Shown here piece after piece: positions 1 through 13,112 of a stretch of DNA of 64,000 nucleotides. This DNA comes from Iphione sp. A-MEVVRFRX5 (Eukaryota), in contig OZ320318.1 of assembly GCA_976226885.1 (NCBI GenBank), forward strand, positions 59,024,001 through 59,088,000, in the 5' to 3' direction. How positions within the stretch are numbered: position 1 is the stretch's first letter; every line of letters begins with the position of its first letter. Position numbers and translations under genes: made by a program. The notes beneath the pieces are model-generated. The model did not search any database, was not told the DNA's origin, and saw nothing but the letters and a program-made list of their open reading frames with translations.

Positions 1-159
1 TAAAGAACAGACCACATGGGAGACCAAACCACGGGAGGGATTTATAAGACCAAATCAACAGTTTCACTTTCTAAATAAAGTATGACTAATGAGAACAACC
101 CATGGGAAGGACCAAAATTGGCCAGTCCCCTGCTGGGTCCCTTATGCAGGTCTCAACTG
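1..159. mobile_element. Probable right end of a Tc1/mariner-type MITE, truncated by the window edge
   Basis: Ends ...CAGGTCTCAACTG followed by TA (160-161), i.e. a CAGT-type terminus on the reverse strand; internal repeated AGACCA motifs. The other end is not in the window. Confidence 0.35.
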
Positions 160-3100
160 TATTAAGCTTTTGAAGAAAACTAAACGGAGAGACGGCAGAG
201 GATCACCAAATGCAAACTGAAGATTTGAGTCGAACCCAGAGCTTGGACACGAGGATCAAGTCCATTCGTGATGGAGCGTACACTCACAATGTGAGCTGAC
301 ACGGATGAGGCTAATCCCCTTGGCTGATGGCCACAGATGCTTGACCCATGAGCCTTGAATCTGGCCCGACAGCCGGATGAGGTGACTACCACCTGCAATG
401 GCTCCATCACGCACACTCCTATTCCAAGCCAACAGTTACCCAAACCCTAGGGTCGCGAAGGGAGACCCAGCTTCGGTTACAGGTTCATGTTCAGTCCGAA
501 GTAGGCGGATCGGGAAAGGTTGTATAAATAATTAGGAGACGTACATCAATCGACTGGTTCTGGTTTGCATTTCATCATCAAGCTTGATAGAAGAGTTAAC
601 AGTTCGTGAAAACCTTGAAATAAGACGTAACTAAAATTCAGTGTTTCTTGATTACAACTGCGATTCACTGGCAATAAACCATAACTTCAAGTTCATTTCT
701 AACAGCGCCAGAATGAAGTGTAAAGGCCGGTGCGAGGTTTATTTAGGGTAGCTCGCTTCATATGCGACAAATACGGCATTCATATTGATGGGGTGAGGCC
801 GGCAGGTAAGCGGGGCTTTCAGCCAACGGCCTCGAAGCCAGTGTGTGACAGTTAGCGCGGCAATGGCTGGGTCTTTCCGTAGTCTGAACTGGGAACTGGA
901 TGGGTACCGCTGGGATCTATCTACTGATGACCAAAGCTTCGACCCGTGCTAAAATCAAGGAACTCCTTTCCCAGAGTTACTGACTACCTGAGTACTCTGT
1001 GGTGGCTTATCGTCAGTAAGTGTGTGATCCGGATACTAGATCCATCTTCTACACAAAAATGTAGTATTCAAAATAGAACACTTGGATAATATAAATTGTA
1101 CTAGACTATGGTCTCCGCCATTGCTTTACTAGCTTGATGACTAGGTAAACGACGAACATAACATAGTCAGTAAGCTGCGTACAATGGAACTAATGAGCCA
1201 GTAAAGAAATTCGGCAAGTATACCTGTGACGTCAACTGGTATATGGTACCGTGTCCTATGACCGCCCTATCAATTATATTCACCGACACACTCAAGTCCA
1301 GAGCCCTACACTGATCAGGTCTCTTCTGGTGAACGATGAAGCTAATCATCTGGAAATTAAATAGGTGCGGGACTCGAACTAGACACACTCCACTGAAATG
1401 TATCCCCACGATTGAACGGAGACCACACATTCAGTTAACTTTACATAGAGATAGGGGTTTAATTAGGACCTGGCAATTAGCTAGGGAGGCCCGCTACAGG
1501 GGACATCCTTAGACTAACGATACTTTTGGTTGGAACAGCATAATGATGTAACAAACAGAGTGTATCACCCTGTCTGATATTCTCCTGCAAAGTCTTTCCG
1601 GTATGCCATAATCCAGTAGTCTGGTATGTGCTCTGGCATTTCGGTGTTTAGCTATCAGATACAATTTCCCATATCAACCTTCTGCAACACTGGATTGCAA
1701 AATGTCATGTCTTCATTATGAAAGCCATAAGGGTATTGACTGTACATAGGCAGGATCAAAGGCTAAATAGATAGATACCCATACACCTCTATGTTGTGCA
1801 CTTGGAATGAACCAGATATTTTCCTGTGAAGATTCTTTATTCATATAACAAAATGTAATACTGACATTGTCTCTACTAGGCTAACGTTATAATCATTTGG
1901 CTATACATAGTACCATGTAGTACTTGTGACATCCCTTACATGGGGACCCTTTACTGGGAAGCAGGAGTGTCCCCAGTTGTAAGCTGTACACATGTCACGA
2001 GCAGAACCTTTCAAGAGGAAATGTGCGTCTGTAGCCTGCAGAAATATTAGCTTACTTTTCTCCAGAGCTTCATATTGTTTCAGTCAATGTGTTGTACTAC
2101 CTTCGTAATACGCCTAGAGAATTACATTAGAGCAGTAGAGTATCGTAAAACGGTCACCGTCATTGGTCTTCAATGGTCTGTGACCACTATTCTGAATATT
2201 TAGTTTTACGTTGCTAAGAAAAATGGTGTTAAGATATCATAGACACTTATATTAGCATTCTTCTTTGTGATGTCAACTATGCATGACGCAGGGGCATAAC
2301 ACAAGTGAAACAACTGCATACACAGGCGATTAGCATTATGTACAAGTTATATGTTTCGATTATTAATATCAGTTCACCATTATGAACTCTGGAACAGATG
2401 GTACGAACTACACTGCGGGAATCTTGCAGTGTCTTCGGATGGCTCGGAAAAGTTTCTCAAACACAAACTATTTTCTCGGTGGAGCATGACTCCCTATTAC
2501 ATACAAGATGAATGGACCATTTACAATTTAAAACAAAAACTAAGAAACGGGTGCCTGGCACTGGGCGCATCGAGTGTCTCGATCTCCATCTGGACAGAGC
2601 CTGCAGCCAAAGTGCCTATCATGGACGGGCAGTCGTTCCGCTGAGGGGCCGACCATTATTGCGGTATCGACAGTGTGTGTTAACCGTGAGCTCGGGTCGA
2701 GGGCTTAGATAAATGAGCTAGACCATGCTGAACAGTGGGAGCCTGCTCGGTGGTTAAGAGGCTTTCGGTGATATTAATCGCAATAACACACAACAACACG
2801 CAATGTAATATACCACACAGTTAGGCACTTGTGCACACATTGTTAACATCGGGGTCCATCATTTCACACTGATCTGTAACCAATTAGGGTCAGGCCTACC
2901 TTAAGGGGAACCGGACCAGGCGACTGCAAACCCTTGATGTTCGGAGGAAAAATAGATAATAAATCAGTCTTTTAGTCCGTTCTCAATCTCCAGCTTCTAC
3001 GGTCGTAATTATCATGCACGTCATGTACATGCTTGTCGTCACGCGACGGTCTGCACACCATTGATCGACATAATCATGCTTGACAATATTCAACAGAAAC

Positions 3101-6100
3101 GTGCAAGTCATTTCAACGTGAAAAGTGTGAACTTAAGTTTACAGACTCTCTATGCAAGACCCATACAATGAGGCTACAGATCCCCCGCTAGAGTAAGACT
3201 GAACGAAGAAAATCATAGTTTTTCTTTTTTAAATTGCAACACTCACATAAAGCTAAACTGTGTGACTGTCATTGCACGTTATAGAGGTCATCCCTGATAA
3301 TATCTGCGTTATACGAAAAGTAGCTGACCAGACACACCATACTAAATCGGATCTCTTGCATTACTAATGACCCATACTACGTTGGAGGTGACGGAGCTGA
3401 GTGAAAAACAAAAAAGAAAGATACTGGCCAACACATATTTTTCTTCCATAATCATCCGTTATAGTCTTAAATGTTACAGATCGTCTATATCACACCGATC
3501 TTTATGTATTTATCGTATCTTCGTCGCTGATAAATGATCTTGATTCCTATTTGTCACTGATTTAATGATGAGTGTAACGATAGGCAATCAGTCCTCATTC
3601 ACGTAAACAGCCTTATCATCGTCAAGATATTACAGTCAGAAATCCAAGCAGGAGAACAAAAAAAGAATTGATTATAGAAAAATCCCTGAGGTGAAAGTGC
3701 GCCTATGTAGGAATATTTATTTGTTATTTAACATGTCAACTTAAGCTCTGACTGTACATGGCTGTGTATACATAATCCAGCCTGGGTCTGTTTGGCCATC
3801 ATCACGGTGCTGCTGTCCATCTGGTCCATCAAGTGAACGGCTCTTAGGCCTGAACCTTCGACCCGATGAGAAGGTTAAACGCCCGTCTATTTTTATGGCC
3901 CTGCTGGCCTAAGCTCCCACCTCATCAATATACACGAGCAGGTGTTCACAACTGGAAATTGGCGCATGCAAAGATAATGCAGGTTTGGTATACAAATGAC
4001 CGTGTATTAATGGACTTACCACTATGTACTAGGGATCCTGCGCACTAAAAGTGTACTACGACAGTAGAATAATTTTGATATAGCCACGAGCCCTTCAATT
4101 CAAACTGGAACTTTCGGAATGTTGCTCGACTTCTCAGTACCTCTCTAAACCACGATGGGCTCCTTGCTTACTCCCGCTGATGATAAATATTAGCATGCCC
4201 CAACCTTTTAGAAACAAATACAATTACTGGCTGATCTGTAAATTGTTCAGTTATTCCTTTCCGTACATCTAACGTCCTAAAACGCCTCATCTTCAGTGGT
4301 GAATTTTACCTGTATCTGCAGCGAATACTGTAACCAATACATGACTTTAATCACCCAAGGTTACCGCTTTAAATATCGAATTCCTATGCACCTCACAGCT
4401 TTCGATGATAACATCGTTTTCGATTTCCCTCGAGGAAGCAGACACGAGCGGGCATCAACTACAAAGTGATCCTTCAAGGCGTCAGGGGCAATGCCTTTTG
4501 GATGTCTAATGCTAGGTCCACTCAGCTGAATGTCAACCTCCTCTCGGGCGGCCTTCCCTACACCTTCATAGATAAGTCAGTAATAGTCACGTTAGTTGGT
4601 TCAGTTACCCTTTGGTTTAAGTAGATATTTTCTCATGGTCTGTGCGTTAGTCGTTCAGGGCAGGGCCATATAATTAATAAAATAATACAGTACGCAGCTT
4701 ACGATGCGATCAACATTCCTAGCAACGTATCATTTTCTGCAGTATGATACCGAGGCGGAATACGTTAACGGTTCAGTTCGTAACCAGGGCACAGATATGT
4801 AGTTGCTTAATGCACGCTTGAAATGTAGCTGCTACCCTTCGAAGTGGCTTAATTCAATAGATACCTAAGTAAGATAGATGTCGCCAGTAAACAACTTATT
4901 CTAAGAGAGTGCCTTGCAGACGTCCCCATGCCTACGGCAAACACAGTCGGGGATCAGAGTTCACCGACTTAATGTCCCGAGCAGCTCAGGGTCTCCATAC
5001 AGCTACTCGAGCTGGGGTGAAGACTTCTGTCAATTCCCCTTGCATACAGTCACCATACATGACCTCACCCTCCATCTTGGCTTTTCCACCTGATATTTCT
5101 GGCTAAACATGCGACGGGTATAGAATAGCGCGTACATGTATTTATACCGAGCACTGTATCCACACCCCTCTTTTTGGCCTGGTTAATCGCTACGGCCGGT
5201 AAAAGATTGGATTCGCGGGACAAACGAGTAAGGTTTGGTGTTTACTCCACAAAATCGATTTTCCTCGAAAATAAGACGAGTGACGTGGTATAGTTACATC
5301 AGAAACAAATGGTTTATCTCTACTCTATTTATAAAACGATACATGTATATACATGGACTATTTTCATTTTGTGGGCAGGCCAGAATAAGGGACACACCGG
5401 GGACTAAGACTGGTTACTATACGTGGCTAACCACATTATTGACCCAATATGCAGAGGACCAAACAAGAATGGAGGCCGGCGTAGCACTGAAAACTGCAAA
5501 ACATGTCGTTACACACCTCAAGTAACTATCATTGACCCCATAGCCCAAGGGAGATGAATCAGAAAAGTAGACAATGAAAGACAATCTTTGATGTGTTTTC
5601 ATTCCTGAGTATATCATAAGTTCGAATAAAGATGGAATTACATTACATTCACAGTAAAATAACCCCTCTAAAATTTATCACTTGCCTATATGTATACAAA
5701 TTATTGATGTATCTGCACTATGATTTGGAGATATAAAACTATTTACCTAAAATGCTTGCGCATCCTAGACTGGAAGGGAATTCCATCCACGGGAATTGTA
5801 AGTGAGGAAAATCAAGCGAGGAAATCTGATTATAGCGTTCCTAGCTACCGGCCACAAATAACTGTTGGCTTGGACGACTGCACAACTAATCAGTCAGACA
5901 GGAACAACTATCCCGTCAACTGGATTATGCAGCGGGAATGGTATCATATAAGACTGTCCCACCGCTGCCTCAGACTCCCATGTCAATCTGGCCACACTCG
6001 GACCTGCATAAAGCGCTCCACGGAAAAGGGAAAAAAACGTCCCTCACTGGGCTCCCAGATTGTTTTGCGGAGTTCTGCCGAGCAAATATCCTAAGTTCTT

Positions 6101-8655
6101 CACGTTGAATCAAGTAAAATATGCATTCCCATTTCGGCTAGTTTTTCAGTGGTATTACAGGCAGCTACTTCTCATTGTTTGAATAAATATTCATAGTCCG
6201 TTCAAGGCTGGAGAGTAGAGAACACTAATAACCGAGATAGATCACGTCTAAACAGCCGAAACATTTCCGATAGATAAAAAAAAATCAAGGATACTCTACG
6301 GTGTTTTGGCATTAACAGGCTCAAAGCGGATCCGAAGAGGACCAATTTTTCTTTAAACGCTTCAATTCTGACACACAATATTTTGAATGAAAGAGCGACT
6401 TTGCTATATCGACGCAGATCAGTAATGGGGGAGACTTGATAAAAGGCCAGGTTACCGAGGACAGGAAACCAGGAGAGAAACCAAGACCAAAAGAGACCTA
6501 CGTATGTCTATAGACGACTCCTTATACGACCAAACCACGACCGAGAAAGAATAGAGGGTTCGTGTGTAGGTAAGGAACCACTATGCTGAAAAACACCCTT
6601 CTGTAACAGGCCCCTTTTGGCCAATTACTAATCTTCTCTTCTCTAGTTTGGTGTCCTCTCTACTGGCAAAGAATTTATTAACTAGTCCATGATTTGGTAC
6701 ACATGAAAATATGAATTATGAATCAATTTCACAATCATGAATGAGAATGGCTTGATTTTGGAGAGTATGAATATTGCCACTACCTGGACTTAACCTCCAA
6801 TATCAAAATGCAAATGAAACAATTTCAATCCATTTTTTCATGAAAAAATTCCAAACTCTTTGAACTAAAGGTCATAAAATGTAGGGTTTTTTACGAGTTT
6901 CTTCCCATGCTTATGAAATCTGCATTCTGTTCGATCTGCCTTCTCTAATCTCTCGTGGTTTTACTAAAAGTACTACAGACAGGAGATGGCCTCACGAGGA
7001 CGTCACCGGCTTTTATCGTGTTAGGTATAATAAGTCACGGTCACATCACGTTATCCCTTGCTTCCCTCGTCCCCGGCAGGTCGCCGCCGCAATTATCAAT
7101 GAGGGTTTTCGGTATTGAAAGACGGATTTTTTTTACTTTACTTTCAAGATAGCATCACCAGGTGTGGATGTGATGTTTTCTGCTCAATTCTATAGCCTCA
7201 GGAAGGCATTGGTCTTAAAGGGAAATGGAGTTTTTAATGAAACATTTCGTTGTCCGTCATGACGAGTTTTTCATAACATCGTCGACAGAAGACGAAAAAA
7301 ACCTCTAGAAACAATGAATACAAATTCTTTCTTCAGGATGTCAAATAAGAGCCCTATTCACACGAATGGTGAATATGCCATAGGGATATGTTTTAACGAT
7401 GAACATGCAGTACAATCTGCCTTCTCTAATACATTACACTATACTCTGGTCTACTGCTATCTACACAGTTGCTATTTCAGCCGATAACTCATTCCTCAGA
7501 AGCCTCACTGTCACGTGCTTCCAGCATAGACATTCTGCAGTCTCCCTAGGCCTTTTCAATGCTTAAAGACTCATCTTGGAGGCCCTTTAACTTACAAACT
7601 GTTTGATGGGAAAATACCAAAGTTCTTGGAAATCATTGTTAATGTCCTCTTTAAACACACGAAAGCACAGAACTCTAACTGTAATATTTACATAGAATTT
7701 CGACCTGCCCATTGACTCCAATGCTGGACAGTCTAGGCTGAAATTCCCACCCTTTTTGGGGGATGGGCTGTGGTTGGCTAGACTCAGCTGTCACTTTAAA
7801 AAAAGTGATCAGTGAATACTTGTCCGGGCTTTAGTACGAGATAAAAGGCAATCTTACTGGCTAATTTTCACCCTCTGCTTCAGTAGACATCAATTTCTGA
7901 AGTCAAATATGAAGAGTTGGCAGAATGACAGAATAAAGTCATTCTTTTAAGGTGCGTTATTCTAAATGGACACCAAAAAGACATAAACAACGAGAGAATG
8001 TGTTTGGACTGTCTTGAATTAACAGCCAGTTGACAAGTATTATTTGATCAATTTAAACCACACAAAGGGACAATCACTGTGATCGTTGGACCAATCATTG
8101 AGAGACGCGGATCGTTCGCCCCAAAACTGCACATTGTTGTGGTTTCACTACCTAAAAAGCAATATAGACTATTGTCAGACACTGCCATAAGAAATATGCT
8201 GATATGCAACAATGACTGCCTAATTACAATCCTTTTTTGCCTTATTACAATCCTGGTTGGAATGATGCTCCCCCATATCCATTATTCCATCATAAGTAGC
8301 TTAACTGTAGCATACTGAAGCATACTGAAACACTGGCTACATACTTGCGAAGTGGAGCAGAGGAGAGAGCTACAGACGTACAGACAGGTAAAGAGAGGAA
8401 CGAGAGAGACAAAGCCGATAGGAGGACCAATCGACAGACACACAAACGGATGGACAGAAAGCGTTCATCGAAAATTCACTTTTTTCTGTCGCTTCTCCGA
8501 AGTCGTAAGACAGGAATACTTTACCCTCTTTCATATATCTTTTCTGATTTGGCTTTTGGGGGGGGGGTAGGAATCCGGATAGACGAGATCCTATAAAGGA
8601 TGCTAATGGAAACTGTCAGACAAGCCTAAGAACCGTTGTCGTTCTTTACTCTTAC

Positions 8656-8733
8656 TCGAAAGGTATATGCTTCTTCGACCATGTAATTGAGTCGGAGGTA
8701 AAGACTCCTGAGCACCTCACTAAACATAAACAT
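8656..8733 (-). CDS. Candidate alternative first coding exon of the large minus-strand gene (MFMFSEVLRSLYLRLNYMVEEAYTFR)
   Basis: ATG (8733) to a CGA|GTAAGA donor, 78 nt, phase 0, matching the surrounding phase-0 intron. The frame is also open for about 24 codons upstream. Confidence 0.4.
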
Positions 8734-9474
8734 GTCCCAACTCTGGTCTCCGTTGAGTTCAGCGTGAAGCGCCCACGCTCTAGTTTGCGGAAGAGGATCC
8801 GCGGACCTACAGACTACCCTAAATACCTAATTTTAAAACTGAAATATCTAAACTCTCGGCCGTCGCTTTCTATTTCCCCTGCCTCTTACAATATCGAGTT
8901 ACTGGACGTAGAACGACACCCTGAGCGTTTTATGGCCACTAATAGGTCCGGGGGAAGTATTCTAGTTTACATCCGTTCTTATGGATGAATAAAACCGAAA
9001 GCGAACTGCGTCAGATATATCCATGAAGGTGTGACAACAATAGCCGTTTTACACCACCCTGCAACGTCAGATGTACTCAAATTTCATCCACACCAGAACA
9101 TGAACGTCACTTAATTATACAATGTTGGCGGGTGTTCAGCAAATAGAACAAACAGTGTTTGTGTACTCTAATACCGGATATTATATTGTATATTTGCCTA
9201 AACCAACAGGTAGCTGATGCTTACCGACACTTTTCTGGGAGCTGATATGTGACATTTTACTGCCTCTCCCTACCATTATCTGAAGAGGATTTTTCCTACA
9301 CTTACACATTAGCCTCTAGCAATTTGCGACGCCTACGTAGGTTTTACTGATACATGAATTCGAATGACGGCCTAATCAAAATTGAAATGTGCAGACTGCA
9401 AATGTTGAAGCTCTGCTGTCCCGACGCCTATTAAAAGATAACATTTATTATATATACAATGTACATGCATGTGA

Positions 9475-9497
9475 ATATATATATATATATATATATA
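9475..9497. repeat. (AT)n microsatellite
   Basis: Direct reading of the sequence. Confidence 0.95.
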
Positions 9498-9535
9498 CGT
9501 TATTTGTTTGGGGGGGTACCTTTATACCTGCCTAC

Positions 9536-9754
9536 CTCTATACGCTGAAAGGTGGGAGAGTCGGGGAAAAGCTGGTTGTCGATGCTGACACTGTCCTCGG
9601 TGCTATCGAAGCTGGAGCTGTCCAGCCCTGTTCCGTAGGCGATGCGTAGCGGGGAGAACAGTGCCTCCTCCAGGCTGGGCGTGCGCCGCAGGTCCTTCCG
9701 TTTGTGGCGGCTGAACATGGTTGAGGGGACCACAAAACTGTTGCCAGCGGTGAG
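9536..9754 (-). CDS. Internal coding exon (73 codons, LTAGNSF...SPTFQRIE), Ser/Asp-rich, of the large minus-strand gene
   Basis: Acceptor catccgctgcctccccag|, donor GAG|gtaggc, 219 nt, phase 0-0, open frame, high GC at third codon positions against an AT-rich background. Confidence 0.8.
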
Positions 9755-11324
9755 CTGGGGAGGCAGCGGATGATAGCCAGATGTATGATGTGGTGGTGGT
9801 GGAATGGGGGGGGGGGGATTGCTTCTTATAAGAAAGGGGGTAATCTCAAGATGCGTTCAGACGGTCTTAGATCAACGCTACATCTGCTGCCGGACTGGAA
9901 TTAGTCCGACACCTGTCTAAACGGTGGCATGGCTGACAGTTGCCTGAAATGTATGGATTCGGTGTTGTAATACCGTCGGTGAAATGTAATACCGTCGCTG
10001 TACGTAAACATGGCTCCACAAGTAGTATGAAGGTAGTCAGAAACCTGCCCGTGATTAATACGACGCACAGTTGTTTGATCATGACCCAAACGGCAATCCT
10101 GGTACATTTACGAAGTACTAGACAAATCTTTCTCATTCCCGATACAGTATTTTCGGAAGCCCGACATATGGCCTGCAAAAAAGGCAGAGAACAAAGTTCT
10201 TTCCCAACACATAGCACATCCCACATGACGATAGAGATGTATTTGAGATGCAGGTGAACTCCGCTCAAACACAAACTAATGATAAAACTCACTGCATGAT
10301 ACGCTGCGTGTGGAAGTTAACATAATCCTAGACTTTCAATTCACTTGACACTAGAGTAGACAGTCAATTGGATACGCCTTATTTAGATCACAGGGGTCCA
10401 ACCGAGCCATTGCCTGGGCAGCCACTGTCTGTATCTAGGCAATAAAGTACGCAGATGGCAATACATAGCGACTGTAATATAAAATGTTTCAGCACTCATA
10501 GCCAGGACTAGCCGCCCACATATAGGGATCAGCTACGCAATCAAATGACAATAAAGGCTCTATGAGAAATGCCAGCTGGCATACGAAGCGATAACGAGCA
10601 ATCAAGCTGTCTGAATGCAACGTTACTGCTTTGAACAGTCTCAGCGATGATATATTCATGCTAAAGGGATAGGCAGCCAAAATTGTCCATCAGCAGACTT
10701 CACAAAGGCAGGACATTATTAATGCATCAGAACAAACCTGCCACTACTAATGTTCATTGATGACGACAGTGCAATGTATTATCTTCCTTTTCTGTTATGT
10801 TGTTCGCGGCTTACTTGTCCCGTGTTAGTCCTACCTGCTGTTGTCGTTCAATATGCCTGAAAATCAACCCTGCTCCAGCAAACACGCTCTACAACACACT
10901 GTCCTCCGCTAGACACAAGAGCGGTCCACGCCTGCGTTGAGTTTCAGTTTTCTCGATACACAGAGCTACTACATGCATTAACCGCCCGCCGCACATGCCT
11001 GTGAAATGGTGCCCTTTGTAGTCGAGTACTGATCCAAACGGTGTACTCTGCTCACACTCTAGTAGGCTTAGCATTCCCGCGTGCAGGAGGACCCCGGTCA
11101 CCCGGCAACAGATTTAAATAGGCCCCTTCTCTGAGCACTGACCACGGAAGCAATATCCGCCTTAATATTCCATCAAAGCTGCTCCTCCCGAAGGCCTATT
11201 TCCTCTAGCCTGACAGTCCGGTAGAAGCAATCGAAATACAGCGTTAAAGTCGAGAGGAATTCTCACAACAGGACGGCCGCTCGCTAAGTTCAGGGACGGC
11301 GAGTGAGGGGGTAAGAGGTCCTAC

Positions 11325-11444
11325 GGTAGCGGCGCTGGCGACCGCGCCGCTCATGGGCGGCGCTGGCATCGTCGTCGTCGTAGACGTGCTGATGTATGGG
11401 CGCCGCCTCAGCACTGCACACGGCAGGGCGAAGGGAACTGGCAT
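11325..11444 (-). CDS. Possible alternative first coding exon (MPVPFALPC...VASAAT) in a GC-rich block
   Basis: ATG at 11444 to a weak ACC|gtagga donor, 120 nt, phase 0. A second minus frame and a plus frame are also open here, so the frame is ambiguous. Confidence 0.3.
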
Positions 11445-12599
11445 CGCCGGCAGGACACCCGGGGTAGTTATTGACGAATCCTGCCTCAAGCGATGCCAGC
11501 CAAACACGACGGGCCACTTCAGCGTATATTCTGCGGCCAGAGTTCGAAGAGAGGTAGAGAACCGTTTCCACAACTCTCCAAGAGAATTTAAAATGTCTGT
11601 CTTTCCTGACAGAACATGAATTGAAAATGTCCCCACAGGCACGTCACCATGACAACGTTTCCCCCTAGCAATATTTGATTCATAGGTACTATATTGTGAC
11701 CTTTCCCCGTGGCTTGAAGGGAAAAAGCTCGTTGAGTATATCCAACAGACACTGGCTGTCAGCTAGGGCGCTGGACAGAGTATACGCATGGCGACAGAGA
11801 GAGATAGATGAAACTCCCTTGCACCAGACATGCCAAAGGCCTGAGGTCATGGGATCTCATATAATATTCGACAACTGCGCAAAGGGCATGACATATATAG
11901 AAAGGTTGACCACCAAGACGAGCCAATTATAGCTGACTCAGCAGTTGGTCTGAACACAGCCTAATAGCCCATGCTCCTAACACTGGACCAGTTATCATAT
12001 ACATGTATTCGGGTCAGTCCATGTTTCCATTTTACTGTGTGTTTCTGCCAGTATCAACAGCACCTCCCCTAGTGCTGCCCCTCTCTACATGAGCCCTCTT
12101 GTTGGCGTCCAGTCAAGGGTAAATGTAGGGTTCGGTTCTAGCTCATGACAAGGGCCCCCACTGAGCCCTTGTTATTTCCCCCGTGGTTAATGGAGAGCAA
12201 CGCAGCTGGTGGGATTGTTGTCAGCTAAACTGAAAACTGTGACAAAGTCTCGTTTATAGGTCTGTTCGAGGAAATCAGTTATATCCAAACTGCTCGCCGA
12301 AACAAAGCGGTCCATGTAGCATGAAGTTACACACACCAAATAATAACCCTCTCAGCGCCGATATTGCAAGTGGTTGGACACCGTACCACGTTTATCGTTG
12401 AGAAGAATAACCCCTGTTTCACGTGCAGCAGAGCAACCAAAAAGCACAGATGACTGGGGGTAGGCTGGACGGGGGACCGCCTACGGAAGTCTCCACTTTG
12501 TCGGCGGTCAGGGAAACTGAACCACCACCAGTCCGCAGACGTGGACCGCAGGCTTTTGTTGGCCCCAGCACGTTATTGACCACTCTAGCCATCAATAAG

Positions 12600-12900
12600 G
12601 GCTGGCCATAAATCGTTCAATAAAGCCACGTGTAGACAGCACCAGTGGCGCCGCCCACAAACACGGCCGGGCGGAGGTGAGAAGCCAGCGAACCAATGGC
12701 TTCCCCGCTAGTACACGTGGCTTCGTCCAGGAAGCGTTACGCAAACAATAGGTGTGAGTGGTAGGGTGGTTTTATACAAACAGTAGGTGTCGGTGTAGAG
12801 TGTTAAACACTGACACTTCAATCAGAAGATATAAAGCACGGCCGCCACGTTACTGCATCTGCAGCAACCTCCGGCGCCCTTCTGGCATCTGCCGTAGGGT
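12600..12900 (+). promoter_or_regulatory. Promoter/enhancer-like motif cluster
   Basis: CCATAAATC (12606-12614), CACGTG twice (12627, 12714), GGGCGG (12669), CCAAT (12693) and TATAAA (12830) within a CpG-containing block. Confidence 0.4.
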
Positions 12901-13082
12901 AGGCATATCATGGGGCATGCATATTACCAACGCATGCGTTACTCGCCTAAATCCAGGTGAGGTGATCATAATACTACTGACCTGTCATGCAGCGCTGATA
13001 GGTTATGTTTATGGAATGACTTGCACAATGAATTATATGCTGGAGAACACACAGCTGTCTACCACAATGTTTCATGCCATAC

Positions 13083-13112
13083 AGTGAGTGAGTGAGTGAG
13101 TGAGTGAGTGAG
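13083..13112. repeat. (GAGT)n microsatellite
   Basis: Direct reading of the sequence. Confidence 0.95.

Noticed and set aside
225-1400. Pol III B-box-like motifs (GGTTCGACTC near 228-237 minus; AGTTCGAGTCCC near 1369-1380 minus)
   Set aside because: No cloverleaf or well-placed A box could be built; at most decayed SINE heads.
2640-2790. Imperfect long hairpin (TTATTGCG...CGCAATAA with inner TTAACC/GGTTAA)
   Set aside because: Pairing is patchy and matches no RNA family I can identify; it would need folding and covariance analysis.
1-9535. Search for C2-domain exons of the putative MCTP
   Set aside because: No SDPYVK/LNPVW-like coding sequence was seen on the minus strand; they are presumed to lie beyond the left edge, so none was annotated.
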